DNA from: Podarcis erhardii
Lineage: Eukaryota
Length of the DNA stretch: 64,000 nucleotides
Direction: 5' to 3' (one strand)
Assembly (NCBI GenBank): GCA_964252035.1
Contig: OZ176202.1
The notes under the pieces were generated by a model. That model was not told where the DNA came from, did not search any database, and saw only the letters and a program-made list of their open reading frames with translations. Position 1 is the first letter of the stretch. Every line of letters begins with the position of its first letter. The position numbers and the translations under genes were made by a program. Positions 1-11,620 of the stretch are shown here, piece after piece.

Positions 1-1417
1 TAATATAAATGGGATTAGAACACAATATAGTCCAATTGCTACATGCTTGTACTTAAGCCGATTTACTGCTATTTAAATTTTATTTCTCACTGTTCCATTA
101 AAGTGACTGGTACCAGATTTAGCCTTGCGTGTTTTCAGTTTTACTGGGCTGTGTGAGTCAGACTGCATGTTAATACTGTCAACTAAAGCACAAGGAAATT
201 CCCACTTTAGTATGCATGTCATTCTGATCCTTTCAATGCAGTGTGCTGCTTAGCTGTTCACGTTAAGCTTAGCTTAAGTAGTTTGCTGAAAATAAACCTT
301 ACATCACTATGATTTCTCTTTTAATAATCTGATAGCCCTATCCTATGCTTCTTTAATCAGAACTAAATAAGTTATATTCTGGAGAATATAGATAAATCAC
401 CTTTGTGGGATGTGTTAATAAAGAATTAGCTGGATCCCTAGATCCAAAGCACAGAACTAAACACACTCTCCAGCAAGAGAGAGCCTTAAAATCACAGAAT
501 CATGCAGCTCAGTGAAGTGTGAGGAATATAAGCTGTTAGACCCTTTCAGTATCCTGCTTAGTCCTCTTACAGTGCTTCCCTTCTCTAACCCTCTCACAAT
601 GAACCAACCACACTGGTAGTAAGTTTAAATGCTTTACTTACAAACTCCAAAGGTCAGATTCATGAGTTATTCCATGCAGCAGCAAGAAGAACACAGGTAG
701 AAAATTATTGGGTTACAAAATACAGAAAAATATTTCTGAGCACACAGTCTGGGCTCGAATTGGTCAAGTCCGGACCAATGTGCCTGGTCAGCGTCACATG
801 GTGGAAGAGACCAAACAAAGGAAGGGTCACTTCCTTCTTCACTGGAGGTGAGGGAGCATGACCTGAGTCTACAAATAGAGTTCTGTGGTCTCAATCCCTT
901 CATGCATTAACTAGCCCTAAGCTTGCCAGTTATATTTGGCTACAATTTCCCACATTCTGCTGAGTTGAAAGGGGCTTACTGCTCAACAAGGGCATGCAGT
1001 TTGGTGTTTCTGGAGGGTGAGATGTTCTTTGAAAACTCCCAGGCCATTATTTATCATTTCTGCCTGTTCACTGATACAGTACTTGTTGCCTCTCTCAGCA
1101 GCTGCTCCAAAACAACATTTCCCTTTTAACTGTCTCTTTTTCATGTTGTGTATGTAATGTCATGACTCAGTATAACCAATCAGACTTGGTTATATGACCT
1201 CACCACAATTGCCAATTCAGAAATGCACACAGAACAAAATCACATTGGAACTTCCTTCCAAGTGATTGTTCTAGGATCAGGCTGTGAAATGCATAGCAAC
1301 ATCTTGTACCCCAGTTACTGTTTTAAATGACTGAAATTAAATCATTGAAATAATGTATTCAGCATATTCATTCATTCTTCCTTTTCAATTACCTCTATTT
1401 TTTTACTGTTTCATCAG

Positions 1418-1525
1418 AATCTACTTACCAGTTCTGGTTTAAAGATGCCTGCATCAGAAGAAGAGGACAATACTCATAAATTATTTGCATTACATAGAAA
1501 TAGGTCATCAGTTAGCCCACTTCAG
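1418..1525 (+). CDS. MYB: MYB penultimate coding exon (108 nt, phase 0-0): NLLTSSGLKMPASEEEDNTHKLFALHRNRSSVSPLQ
   Basis: Acceptor ttttactgtttcatcAG at 1416-1417 and donor GTaaaa at 1526. The peptide aligns to human c-Myb NILTSSVLMAPASEDEDNVLKAFTVPKNRSLASPLQ (recalled) with the same exon ends. Confidence 0.93.
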
Positions 1526-1979
1526 GTAAAATTTGCCTTTAAAAATTATTTGCAGTATACGATGATGCCTTGCACAATAATAGTACATATGTTTAGATTA
1601 CTATTGGATGCGGTATTGTTTGCTGACTATAAAACTCAATGAAAAAAGCTGTAAGGAAAGAAGAGCTGACCTGACATTTTGGTACGCTGGTTCAAAGGTG
1701 GCATTCTTTTTTCTGCAACCTGGAAAAAAATGGTTTGTCAACATGTAAACAGAATGGAAGACACAGATGTTATTCCCTCCTATTGCCATTACAGACTTCA
1801 TTTTTGTAGCGGTGAAGCATGCTCTTTTACATATTGGTTTCCTTGGACTGATCATTATAATTTGCTATCGTAAGTATGAATTTCAGCAAAGTTCCACAAG
1901 GCAGTTCAATGGAAAGTCAAGATTTTGACAGAAGGGCAGGAAGGAAAAGTTGCCAAGCCTAGAGAAGGGCCTTGATTTC

Positions 1980-2170
1980 AGTGGTAGGACATTGATGTGC
2001 TTTGCATGCAGAAGATCCCAAGTTCAGACCCTTTTATCTCCCATGACAAAGGTGGGTTAAGGCTGGGAAAGGCATCTCTCTGAAACCTTGGAGAGCCATT
2101 GCGGAATAGACAAAACAGCTAGAAGGTTCAATGATCTGGCCCAGTATAAGGTTGTTTCCTGTGTTTAGCT
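1980..2170 (+). mobile_element. Degenerate tRNA-derived squamate SINE (Squam2-like)
   Basis: gtggtaggacattgatgtgctttgcatgcagaagatcccaagttca has tRNA A/B-box-like sequence, followed by ggctgggaaag..gaaaccttggagagcca..cagtataagg..ttcctgtgtt. Confidence 0.6.
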
Positions 2171-2192
2171 ATGAAGAAGGTAAGGTTAGTTA

Positions 2193-2390
2193 CTAAGAAC
2201 CTAAAGAGAACCTAAATAGAGCCCTGCTGGATTATGCTGAAGATTCTCCTTGGCCTGCATTCTGTTCCCAGTCGTGGCGAACCAAAAACCCTTGGGAAGC
2301 CCTCAGGCAGAGAGCAAAAGTGCATTAGGCCTCTCCAGTTATTGTTTCCCAGTAAAAGTGCACTTGAGGGAGATCAGTTTCTTGGGTTTA
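2193..2390 (-). mobile_element. CR1 LINE 3'-end fragment
   Basis: taagaac..agagccctgctggat..gcattctgttcccag..tgggaagccctcaggcag is the reverse complement of the typical squamate CR1 3' end. Confidence 0.55.
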
Positions 2391-5300
2391 CGACATTATG
2401 TATGAAATAATGGAGGACAGCTCCACACACCAGGAAAAAACACACCACAGTAGTGAATATGTGACTTGCAGACATACAGCATGGTATCTTTCCACTGTCT
2501 TGTGAAGCTGCAAAGATAAATAGTACAGCAGTTGCTCATATGGTAATAATACCCTTCTGGACAAGAGCATTAGAGCATCTACTTCTATAGAGCTGAGCCA
2601 ACAAAATATTTAAAATCTTTTATTACTCCTTAAGCAAATAGCATTTGCTCTGAGTAAATGAAGTAGAATTGGCTTATTACCTTAACTAGAATTTTGCATT
2701 CGACTTTTATTACCACAGAATTGATAAATGGCTGGTGAATGAGCTTTCTCCCTGTTCCAGTCATGAACCTTGGGATTGTCACTTTTCAAAAGTTGTTCTG
2801 ATCCTTAGATGTGCAAACTCAGTAAAAGATTGTGTGTACACTGGGAGAAGTCACCTTCCCTCCTACTCAAAGAGGCAATCAGAGATTGTCATTCAAGAGG
2901 CAAAAGCAGAGGAAGAGCATAAGAACACTTTCTCATTCTCATTCTGTAGGTTTATCCTCCCATTTGCTCCAGTAGGCCCATTCAATTTAACCTCGTAACA
3001 GCAAACTGGGAGGGGGGGTATTCTGACCATATGACTGTGTGGTCTGCTACAACATCGCTATGCTGAACGATAATGGATGCTAGCTTTGAGTTCCCGGTTG
3101 TGTCTGTTTCCTTTAGGACGCTCTTTGTGCAGGGGTCATTTTGACATCAAACTAATAATATTATGGTATGTCTTGGGATTCTTCCCTGGGTAAAGCTTCC
3201 ATGAAACTACAAATCATTTTTTTCCCACCTAAAACTTGGAAATATTGCTGCAGAACAAGCCCTGAGTTAATAAATGGATTGCAGGCTGTGGCCCCTTAAA
3301 ATTACTGAGGAGAAAGGATAGCTATCAGTCTCACTATGAATACAACCCTGAACGTTTGTTAGTAGCCTTGCTGTTGACTTCAGGAAGCCTAGTCGGCAAC
3401 CATTTTGTTTTCAGAAGAGTGCTTCATTGTAAAACAATCAGGTCAGTGTTCTGCTCATTTGCATCTGTTCAAGTACAGAGTGGCTGAAGACAATGCACTA
3501 ATCACAGCAGACTTCAGTGAACCAAATGTTTATGTTGGCCTGAGGTAAAATCCAACTCCAATTAAAAAGTGATTCTTAAATTTCAATCCAAGTGGAAACC
3601 ACCATCTTGAATGGGGAATTCACAACCATTGGTATAAATTGTATAATATGTGAGCTTTTCGTTTGGGATTCAGAAACCAAACCTTCACCTTTACGCACTT
3701 TGCCTATTATAAAGGGGGAAGGTGTCCTTTAAAAAAAAAAATGGCAATCCCACCTACCAAATATGTTTTGACTATATGTGATTTTGGCTTGAGGCATGAC
3801 CCCCAGAATATAGCGCGTGCGCCCTGGTCACTTGAGAGTTCACTGTATTACTTATTCCCACTTTTCTTCCCTTGAGTGCTTCCTACTTACAAGAAAGCAT
3901 AATGTGTGAATCAGTCTTTACAGTGTGTGAGTGAAGGAAAGCACCTTGGCACAGCCTTGCCTTGTTTCTCTCTTTTCCCTAGAGGGGTCACTTTCCTTTA
4001 AAGTGCTTTAACTGGATAGCCCAGTTAAAGCTTTGACAATCTGTTTACTGTTCACTCTTCCCTGGGGCAACAGAAGGCAGGTTACAGGATAAGTGAGATA
4101 ATTGCCTTGCTAGAAGAAGGATGTTCTTGTAGGATTACTGATGTGGCAAAATGAACCAAGGGTGACACAGCTGAAAATACAACATGGCTTGATAATTATA
4201 TATCAACGTGGCATAAACATACTGTATGAAAGTTGCCTTTCTTACCCACAGTTTTAACTTTTGAAGTAGCTTTGGAAACTGTTAACTTTTAAAATCTGAT
4301 GTGAAAGAACAAATTGATTGCTTTAGCAATATTTGCAGTGGATTAGTACCAAACATAACAGACTCATATAATCCAGAGACCTGATCCGAAACATGTAGCC
4401 AGCTAATGATTTTTTCCTGGTTTGGGGCTAAATTGCCTTTAATAATACACTCAGAGCCCGCTGGCACAAGCTAGCAAAAAGTAGCCATACATAAAACCAA
4501 TGGAACAGGAGTCACATGGCAAGCATTGTTGGTTGTACATTGGTGTTTCGTGCAGCACTCTCTCATGGATGGTAATGAGAAATTTGTCCTGTGGCAGCTT
4601 GTGAGAGGTACAGCATGTGGGAAGTGGCCATTGCTGATGAGTGGAGCATCTTGAGGGGGGGAAGCAGAGGTGCAACTGGGTTATTAACACTCACATCCCA
4701 CAAAAGTGCTTCCAAGGGGATGAGATGCATTGGAAGATGCCGCTGCTGCTGCTGAGCAGCACACCCCTGTCCAGAAATGTGCGTCTGTTTGTGTTTTGTG
4801 TTTGTATGTATGTACCAAGTATGGAAGTGGAGCTTTTTCATTTTTGAAAACTTTCGTGTATGTCTGTGAAACCACCTTCTAAAACTGGCAGACCAGAGGT
4901 CTGGGCAATTCCCCCCCCCCCAATAGCAATGTTCTTTTATGGCACTAGAGGTGCCATTTGGGCCTATGTGTGTTGGATTTGATGCATGTAACCCTGTTCG
5001 AATACTAGCTGATGCACCAAGGGTGTTGGAAGTAGGAGAGGTGCTCTCAGGCAGATTGGAAAGGGATTATCTCCCTCCACTGCTACGCACAGGGACCATG
5101 TAAGGGAGAGCACCATCCAGAGTATTTTCAGAGGTGACTGCCCAGCCTTTGTTTACACACAGAGAGAGAATTGTGGTAAGCCATAGGGTGTGACTGTCTC
5201 TGGTTACTATCAGGTCACAGTATGCTTTCAATGAATTCTGATCCCTGCCCACTTCTGCATGTTTAAGATAATGGAAGTGAGTTACTGTTCATATGGTCCC

Positions 5301-5504
5301 TTATCATGAGAAGAAGAAGCAGCCACACAAGAGCATCTGCCTATCACTTTCTGTTTTACTTCAGAATATAATTTATTTATTTTATATGAACAATTTCCAC
5401 CTTCCACCAGAGGAATGGACCCAATGCAGGCTGCAAAGCACATACACTACATGAAAAACAGTCAAACCATTCCAGAGAATAATGTATTCCTAACACACTC
5501 ATTA

Positions 5505-5828
5505 ACTGCAAGAAGATCAAACCAATCCATTCTTAAGGAAATCAGCCCTGAGTGCTCACTGGAAGGACAGATCCTGAAGCTGAGGCTCCAATACTTTGGC
5601 CACTTCATGAGAAGAGAAGACGCCCTGGAAAAGACCCTGATGTTGGGAAAGATGGAGGGCACAAGGAGAAGGGGACGACAGAGGACGAGATGGTTGGACA
5701 GTGTTCTCGAAGCTACTAACATGAGTTTGACCAAACTGTGGGAGGCACTGGAAGACCGGAGTGCCTGGCGTGCTCTGGTCCATGGGGTCACGAAGAGTTG
5801 GACACGACTAAACGACTAAACAACAACA
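5505..5828 (+). mobile_element. RTE-BovB LINE, 5'-truncated 3' end, in the MYB last intron
   Basis: Encodes TARRSNQSILKEISPECSLEGQILKLRLQYFGH..LEKTLMLGKMEG.RRRGRQRTRWLD..W...VHGVTKSWTRLND*, the BovB ORF C-terminus, followed by a (CAA)n tail. Confidence 0.93.
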
Positions 5829-7965
5829 AAGAGAAAAATTAAAGAGTTGCAAAGAACCCATAGTGTAAGGCAAATGTTGTCATTCCCTTCCACAGAGCTT
5901 AAGCGATTCAGATATCCCCATGCCTAACCTAGACACCCTTCAGCAGTAAGATCCATTTTTGCCTATGTACTGTTTTACAAAAATACCTCCATCATTCCAG
6001 CAGTGGTTGCTTTCTCCTCTGAGTGGATCTGAGTTGTTGAGCTTACAACAAAGACTGAAATTAGCCAAGGCATGCCAAGTTCCCCAAAGGGGTGGAGATT
6101 GTTCACTGAAATCATAGCAGAGGAAACAGCAGCACTGTGGTGGCATATCTGCAATGTGAAAAGTATGTCACACCTGCCCTTGGCTGTGGTTTGAAGAGAC
6201 CGAGGCCCATGTTGCAGAGAAAGCAAAATAAACAGGGTGCCCTGTGTCAGACTTTTATGAACTGCTTGAATACCAAAGTGAGTATCCCGTGGAAATGCAA
6301 AAGGTGGATTAATAAATGGATGACCTAGTCTAGCAAGGATCTTATGATCTTAGGCTCACAGAAGCTCTTCAAAGAGACGGTATTTTGAACAGTTCTTCCC
6401 ACCCGATTCCTCTTCCACAAAGATCTTGTCCTTTGTTCCCTCCCTGCTGTCGTGTAAATTACCACCCTGAGAATTGTGATCTGACATAAGTGTGCTTAGA
6501 ATTTTGAAAGAGATTGAGTGTTGTGTGGTAGTTTATACATTGCTGCATCAAAACTGCAAGTTCTGGTAGTAATATAGTACATAAAGGGGGGGGCAAGGTG
6601 GAGAAGAAGAAAAATATATCTGTATTTACACATTCCATAGAGTGCTGAAATTTTTGCCCTCCTATTGGCTTGGGGCACCAAGACATTTTGCCTGTCTCAA
6701 GAACAAGCAAATGACTGAGATGCCACCCTGGTTACAGATATGTTTATCTCCGGGCAACACAGCACTGAGGAGGGGTTCCAATCTTTGTAAATACCACAAA
6801 AACAAACGATATTAAATTATGGCTAAAAAACTTGTTTCTCTCAGCAAACTAGTTCCCATCCCCACCCCCCGGTACCTTTCACAGTGGGACATTTACCTCC
6901 GGCTATGTGCTAACATATTTTTGAAGTTACCTGAAAAAAACTGAGCTAGTTATTAACGAGTCCAGAGCTGTCTGTGTTAACCCTCACTTTGGACTAGGCT
7001 ATGCAAGTTGGGCACAGTCACCGTGCTTTCAGCCCACAAGTTCAGCAACTGTCTACTAGGGAACTTGTGGCCCTCCAGATGTTCTAGGAATTCATCTCCC
7101 ACCAGCCCTAAGCAGCATAGCCCAATGGCCAGCATTGCTATGAAAGCTGTAGGCAAGCAACAAATGGAAGTCGGCTCCGGTTCTACATCGTGCAAGAGCA
7201 ACTTGCCTCGTGGGGCAGAGCCAGGCAACAACCCCTTGACAGCAATATCCATGCTGCTTACTGGGTGAGAGGCCAGTGAGGTTGCAGGTGGGGCCAATCT
7301 GCTAGTGAACCCAAACAGCCTCAGCCTCACTGTCGCCCTCTTCTCCTCCTGGTAAGCAGCCATGCCACTGCCAGGAGGCTATTGCTGTGGCTCTGCTCCA
7401 CTGGGGTGGGCTTCTCCTGACATGGTACTTGCTGCCAGCTAAACCCCTTTTAACATGCTTCCGGAGGCCTATCGCTGTTGGGTTGCTTGAAAATATTTTT
7501 AGCATCATTCCTTCATTCCCTTAAGCCTATTTACATCTCAGGGGCTCTCAGAAACACTAGGATTGGCTTCAACACAACATTCCTAGACGTTGCTTCCAGT
7601 GGCAAGTCTGTCAAACCCATTTGTAGACGTAACACTGTAGCCACCAAAATTTTCAAAGCACCCCTCCAAAAAAGAATCATGGCAATGGTGCTTTCCCGAG
7701 GGTCCTGAGAATTGTAGCTCTGTAAGAGGATAAACTGCAGTTCCTGGGTTTCTTGTGGGGGGATATGTACTCTGAATGTGCTTTAAAGGTATTGTGTGTA
7801 TGCAGACCCCATGACTTAAGTCCTCTGTAATGCCACGCTTGCAGATGACTCAAGCACAGAGGACAATTCTGCAACACCAACCCTGGGAAGGTGCAGATTT
7901 ACAGGAAGGACTGGATTGTGCCACAGTTTCTAAAAAAAATTATTCCTTTTTATTTTTGTTTCTAG

Positions 7966-8082
7966 CATTTTAGCAACACATGGGATTCAGCATTTTGTGG
8001 GAAGACAGAGGATCAGCTGAGCTTCTCGGATCCTGCACGCAAGCATATGAACGCATTCTCGACTCGAACTCTGGTCATGTGA
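7966..8082 (+). CDS. MYB: MYB last coding exon (38 aa + TGA): HFSNTWDSAFCGKTEDQLSFSDPARKHMNAFSTRTLVM*
   Basis: Polypyrimidine tract plus tctAG at 7964-7965, in frame with the previous exon. Ends in the characteristic c-Myb C-terminus (human ...ARKYVNAFSARTLVM*). Confidence 0.96.
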   Translation, partial: HFSNTWDSAFCGKTEDQLSFSDPARKHMNAFSTRTLVM

Positions 8083-8446
8083 AAAAGAGTCTTCCAATAA
8101 GCATTATGTTTTCTTTTCAAAACACTTCCACTTGATTTGGACTTACCGTTCCTCTACATGGGAGAAAAACCTTTTTCGTTGTTGTTGTTGTTGTGGTACA
8201 ACATTTGGGAGCAGCACAAAGTGCATTCAGTCACAAAAGCATATATGTGTATATATTGTTCATGTTGGATCTCACCCAACTTAAAAAAAGAAAAGGAAGA
8301 AAATAATTCTGTTTGTTGATGATGCTTACCTAAACTCTTAGGTATTGAATTTTATGCAATTAATTATTAATAATGTGAATGCCGATTTCTTTCTTTTTTA
8401 AAAAGTGATTTTTAAATGATTTTTTATATATATATTAAAAAACTTT

Positions 8447-8454
8447 TTGGGAGA
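8447..8454 (+). promoter_or_regulatory. miR-150-5p 8mer seed site TTGGGAGA (proximal)
   Basis: Exact complement of the miR-150 seed (UCUCCCAA) in the MYB 3'UTR. Confidence 0.6.
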
Positions 8455-9100
8455 TCAAATGGACCAGTATTAATTCAGTGAGGAGTTGCCACATGAGTTC
8501 CCATACCAGTGAGGATGCTTGCTGAGGTTTCCTTCTTTCTTTGAAGAGCTGGCACTCCATCAGTAGCATCATCAGTCACTGAACAAATGTCTCGGTATGA
8601 AATACTGCAAGAAAAGCATTACTGTAAATGCTGATCTAAAGGTGTAGGCTGGGGGCCAATCCAGACTGGCAATGGTCACACAGCTATACTGTTTGAAGAA
8701 CTGTTCCACTCATTAGAACTGTAGACTGTTTACGTGTGTATGTTGTTGTTTTTTAATTAGCTTGCTTTAAAAAAATTATTACGGTATGAAACATAGTTTT
8801 ATGAGAACAAATTATATTTTTTATCCAGTAATTTAATTTTGTAAATGTCAAATGGGTTTTGTTCTATTTTGGTTTGGTTGTTTTTTGTTTTGCACGGGGG
8901 GTTGATTTTTTTCTGGTGCAGATTTACACCATGTAGATGGGCAAGGCCATAGAGCTTTATAAACGAAAGAGAAACCTGGGGTGGGGGGTAGCGAACTTAA
9001 CTATGCACTAGCATTTCTGACTTTGGAAACATTACTGCTTTTTAACCCCCTACCTGGCCCTCCCTTTTTTTTTTGCAAGCAATACTTTAAAACACTGTTC

Positions 9101-9108
9101 TTGGGAGA
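9101..9108 (+). promoter_or_regulatory. miR-150-5p 8mer seed site TTGGGAGA (distal 1)
   Basis: Exact 8mer. Position corresponds to the first of the distal pair of miR-150 sites known in mammalian MYB. Confidence 0.8.
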
Positions 9109-9170
9109 TTTTATGTGCCTATATGTGTGCTCATGGGTTTGCAACAACATAGAATGCAAACTCCAGCTAT

Positions 9171-9178
9171 TTGGGAGA
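9171..9178 (+). promoter_or_regulatory. miR-150-5p 8mer seed site TTGGGAGA (distal 2)
   Basis: Exact 8mer 70 nt after the previous one, matching the paired arrangement in mammalian MYB. Confidence 0.8.
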
Positions 9179-9437
9179 TCCTAGTCTTGCTTGCTGCTTC
9201 TACTCTTGTTTCACATGTAGTCTAAATAGTCCCTAACATGGATTCCATACACAAAAACATTTTTTTAAAAAAAAATGTATTTCTTTTGGACTGCCATATC
9301 AAACTTTTCCCAGTACTAAGAGAAGGTTGCTTCTTTTTCTTATAATGGAGTCTGAATTTGCTGCCTTAATAGAATTGGGTGCAGCTTTTCCTGCACTTAA
9401 CTTTTTATAAGACACTGTACTTACTGCCTTGTAGATA

Positions 9438-9443
9438 AATAAA
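9438..9443 (+). terminator. MYB: MYB polyadenylation signal AATAAA
   Basis: AATAAA follows tacttactgccttgtag, the same context as the human MYB poly(A) signal, with GT/T-rich sequence downstream. Confidence 0.85.
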
Positions 9444-9731
9444 GCGTGCCGTTTTGTAAAAACCTACTGTTTGTTTAAATGCACTTGAGTTTTAGCATAT
9501 TTGGGGGAGAGAAGTGGGGGGAAAGTAATCTTGCCACATCCGTCTGTTCATTGAGCAGATCTTGCAAAGTAACAAGATGCCCTTCTACCCAGAACTCAAA
9601 ACATTGGGAACCCATGGAACCGTATCTAGGCTTGAAATTGCCCATCAAGTTGGGACAGTCCAGTTCTACAATGGATATTTGAGTTAGATCTTGTTGTTTA
9701 AATAAATTATTCTATACCATTCAGAACATTA

Positions 9732-10181
9732 TTGTATATACTCGAGTATAAGCCAACCCTAATATAAGCCGAGGCACCTAATTGTACCAAAAAAAAGCTA
9801 GGAAAACTTACTGACTCGAGTATAAGCCAGTTCACCACACCACAAACCTCCTGGTGGGCTAGTGTGTGTGTGTGTGCGCGCGCAGGTGTGGGTGCATGCA
9901 TGCGCACACGGCAGAGGGGGCTTCTCTCCCCCCTCGCCCCTTCCGCCCCCCCCCCGCCTACCTAGGGTGCTGCCAAGAGGCAGAGGCTGGTGGCGCCAGT
10001 GGCGGAGGAAGAACAAGCAGCCCAAAAGGGCTGCTTTCGGGCTGCTCGTTCCTCCTCCTCTGCCAACAACAGCTTCTGCCGCTGGAAATGTGTTTGGGTG
10101 AGACCCTCAAATATAAGTCAAGGGGGGCTTTTTCAGCATAAAAAATGCTGGAAATGTTGGCTTATACACGAGTATATACGG
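9732..10181. mobile_element. Non-autonomous Tc1/mariner-superfamily (Tc2-like) MITE, 450 bp
   Basis: TA|ttgtatatactcgagtataagcc ... ggcttatacacgagtatatacgg|TA terminal inverted repeats with TA duplication. Internal repeat of ctcgagtataagcc near 9816 and a GC-rich core. Confidence 0.85.
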
Positions 10182-11413
10182 TATTTCCATTCAGTGTGGG
10201 TATGTCTGTGTGTAGAACAGGATGGGGCTCATATAGTGCAGAACAACAAAATAAGGCTTGGTACCTGAGTCCTTGTATCTTTCCAGGTTCTGCTGGGGAA
10301 AACTTCTGCCTGCATGCTAGCGATTCATTTTCCTGAATAATTAAATATGCATGTTGAATGGAATGTACTTATCCTAGTTCAAAAATGGATACCAGTATAC
10401 ACTCAGGTGCAGAAGGCCCATGTGTGTATTTTGCACAACATTTTAAACAAGACAAAATCCAATCAGCATCTCAAGAGTGTAACAAGGAAAAATTGACTAC
10501 AGTACGCTTCATGGCGTATTTTGTAGTTGGGCCTGTATACCTCCCCCAGTATTGAGTAGGTTCTGTTTGCCACAAGCCAAAGAATACAAAAAATAAAAAA
10601 TAAAAGCCAAATGGCGATACAAGCTGCAATTTGAACCTCAAAATTGCTTCTTTTCTCATATGGCTCAACTTTTAATTGAAGTCAAGTTTGAGGTGCCCCA
10701 TGACCAGCATATTGGCATGTCATAATCTTCTGAACAGCTAAGGATATACACTGCTGCTGTCCTCACTATTTTTTTAAAAAAAGCCCTTTCATGGGACAAA
10801 ACACTTTAATATATAATGTATCCTCACAACAACCCTGGGAGGGAAATCATTTCACAAGCAAGGCATTGGAGGTGGACCGGCTCTACCCCCACCCAAAAAT
10901 GGTGAGGGGGGGGGACACAATTTAAAGGTGAGAAGTGGTCCTTTCTTACCCTCAATGGACCTTTCCAACCCTTCCATGGGTGCCTCCCCACCCCTCACCT
11001 CCAAAATCACCTCATCATGCCCCAACATGGCAATAATCAGGGTTATAAAATAAGCTATGCTAAAAGAGGTTTGTTTGTTTGGTCAGTCAGTTTTTTGTTT
11101 GTAAGCGAGTCGTGGGTAGGGGGGTGCCATGGGTTGTCACAGATACAAAGTCTCATTTTCTTGACTAGACGTTTACCATGCTTCCTCACTATTTCAGTTT
11201 GTTGATTTTCTTTTCTATTTCACACCCAGCATCAACCTGTCCTCACTTTCACAGCTTTGCCCAACTTCCTCCTTTGGCCTGAGGGGCACGCCAGGGGGGT
11301 AATGCTTCACCTTTCCCACTTTGAGGCACTGCAACAGGGTGCTTTTAACAGCTTCTCAAAAGTCCCTGTTCCAAAATGCCACAGAAACATGGGCACAGCT
11401 GCCCACCCTCGTA

Positions 11414-11620
11414 ATCTGGGGAACCGGGTTCGCTTCCCCGCTCCTCCACATGCAGCTGCTGGGTGACCTTGGGCTGCTCACACTTCTCTGAAGTCTCTCA
11501 GCCCCACTCACCTCACAGAGTGTTTGTTGTGGGGGAGGAAGGGAAGGGAGAATGTTAGCCGCTTTGAGACTCCTTAAAGGGAGTGGTAAAGTGGGATATC
11601 AAATCTAAATCCAAACTCCT
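11414..11620 (+). mobile_element. Squam3-like (tRNA/CORE) SINE
   Basis: ggggaaccgggttcgcttcccc (B box), ctgggtgaccttgggc..ctctcagccccactcacctcacagag (CORE-like), tail gccgctttgagactcc..gggatatcaaatc. Confidence 0.8.

Larger units (their letters stand above)
8083..9460 (+). other. MYB: MYB 3'UTR (~1.4 kb)
   Basis: Blocks match the human MYB 3'UTR as recalled (aaaagcattatg; ttgtggtacaac; tagcttgctttaaaaa..ttattac; gtaatttaattttgtaaatg; tacttactgccttgtag..aataaa). The cleavage site is approximate. Confidence 0.85.

Noticed and set aside
1-1417. An earlier MYB exon (human VESPTDKSGNFFC...) in the first 1.4 kb
   Set aside because: No matching translation was found. It presumably lies upstream of the window.
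5415-5819. 134-aa ORF as a standalone gene
   Set aside because: The first ~30 codons are unrelated flank fused by chance to the truncated BovB C-terminus.
6977-7363. 128-aa minus-strand ORF and GTAAGC/GTGAGA donor-like sites near 7264 and 7352
   Set aside because: It overlaps a foldback MITE, has no recognisable domain, and has no strong acceptor giving an open exon in the MYB frame.
7966-7973. Second AG (cattttAG) 8 nt inside the MYB last exon
   Set aside because: Its use would shift the frame and lose the conserved NAFS.RTLVM end. The upstream AG restores the human-like alignment.
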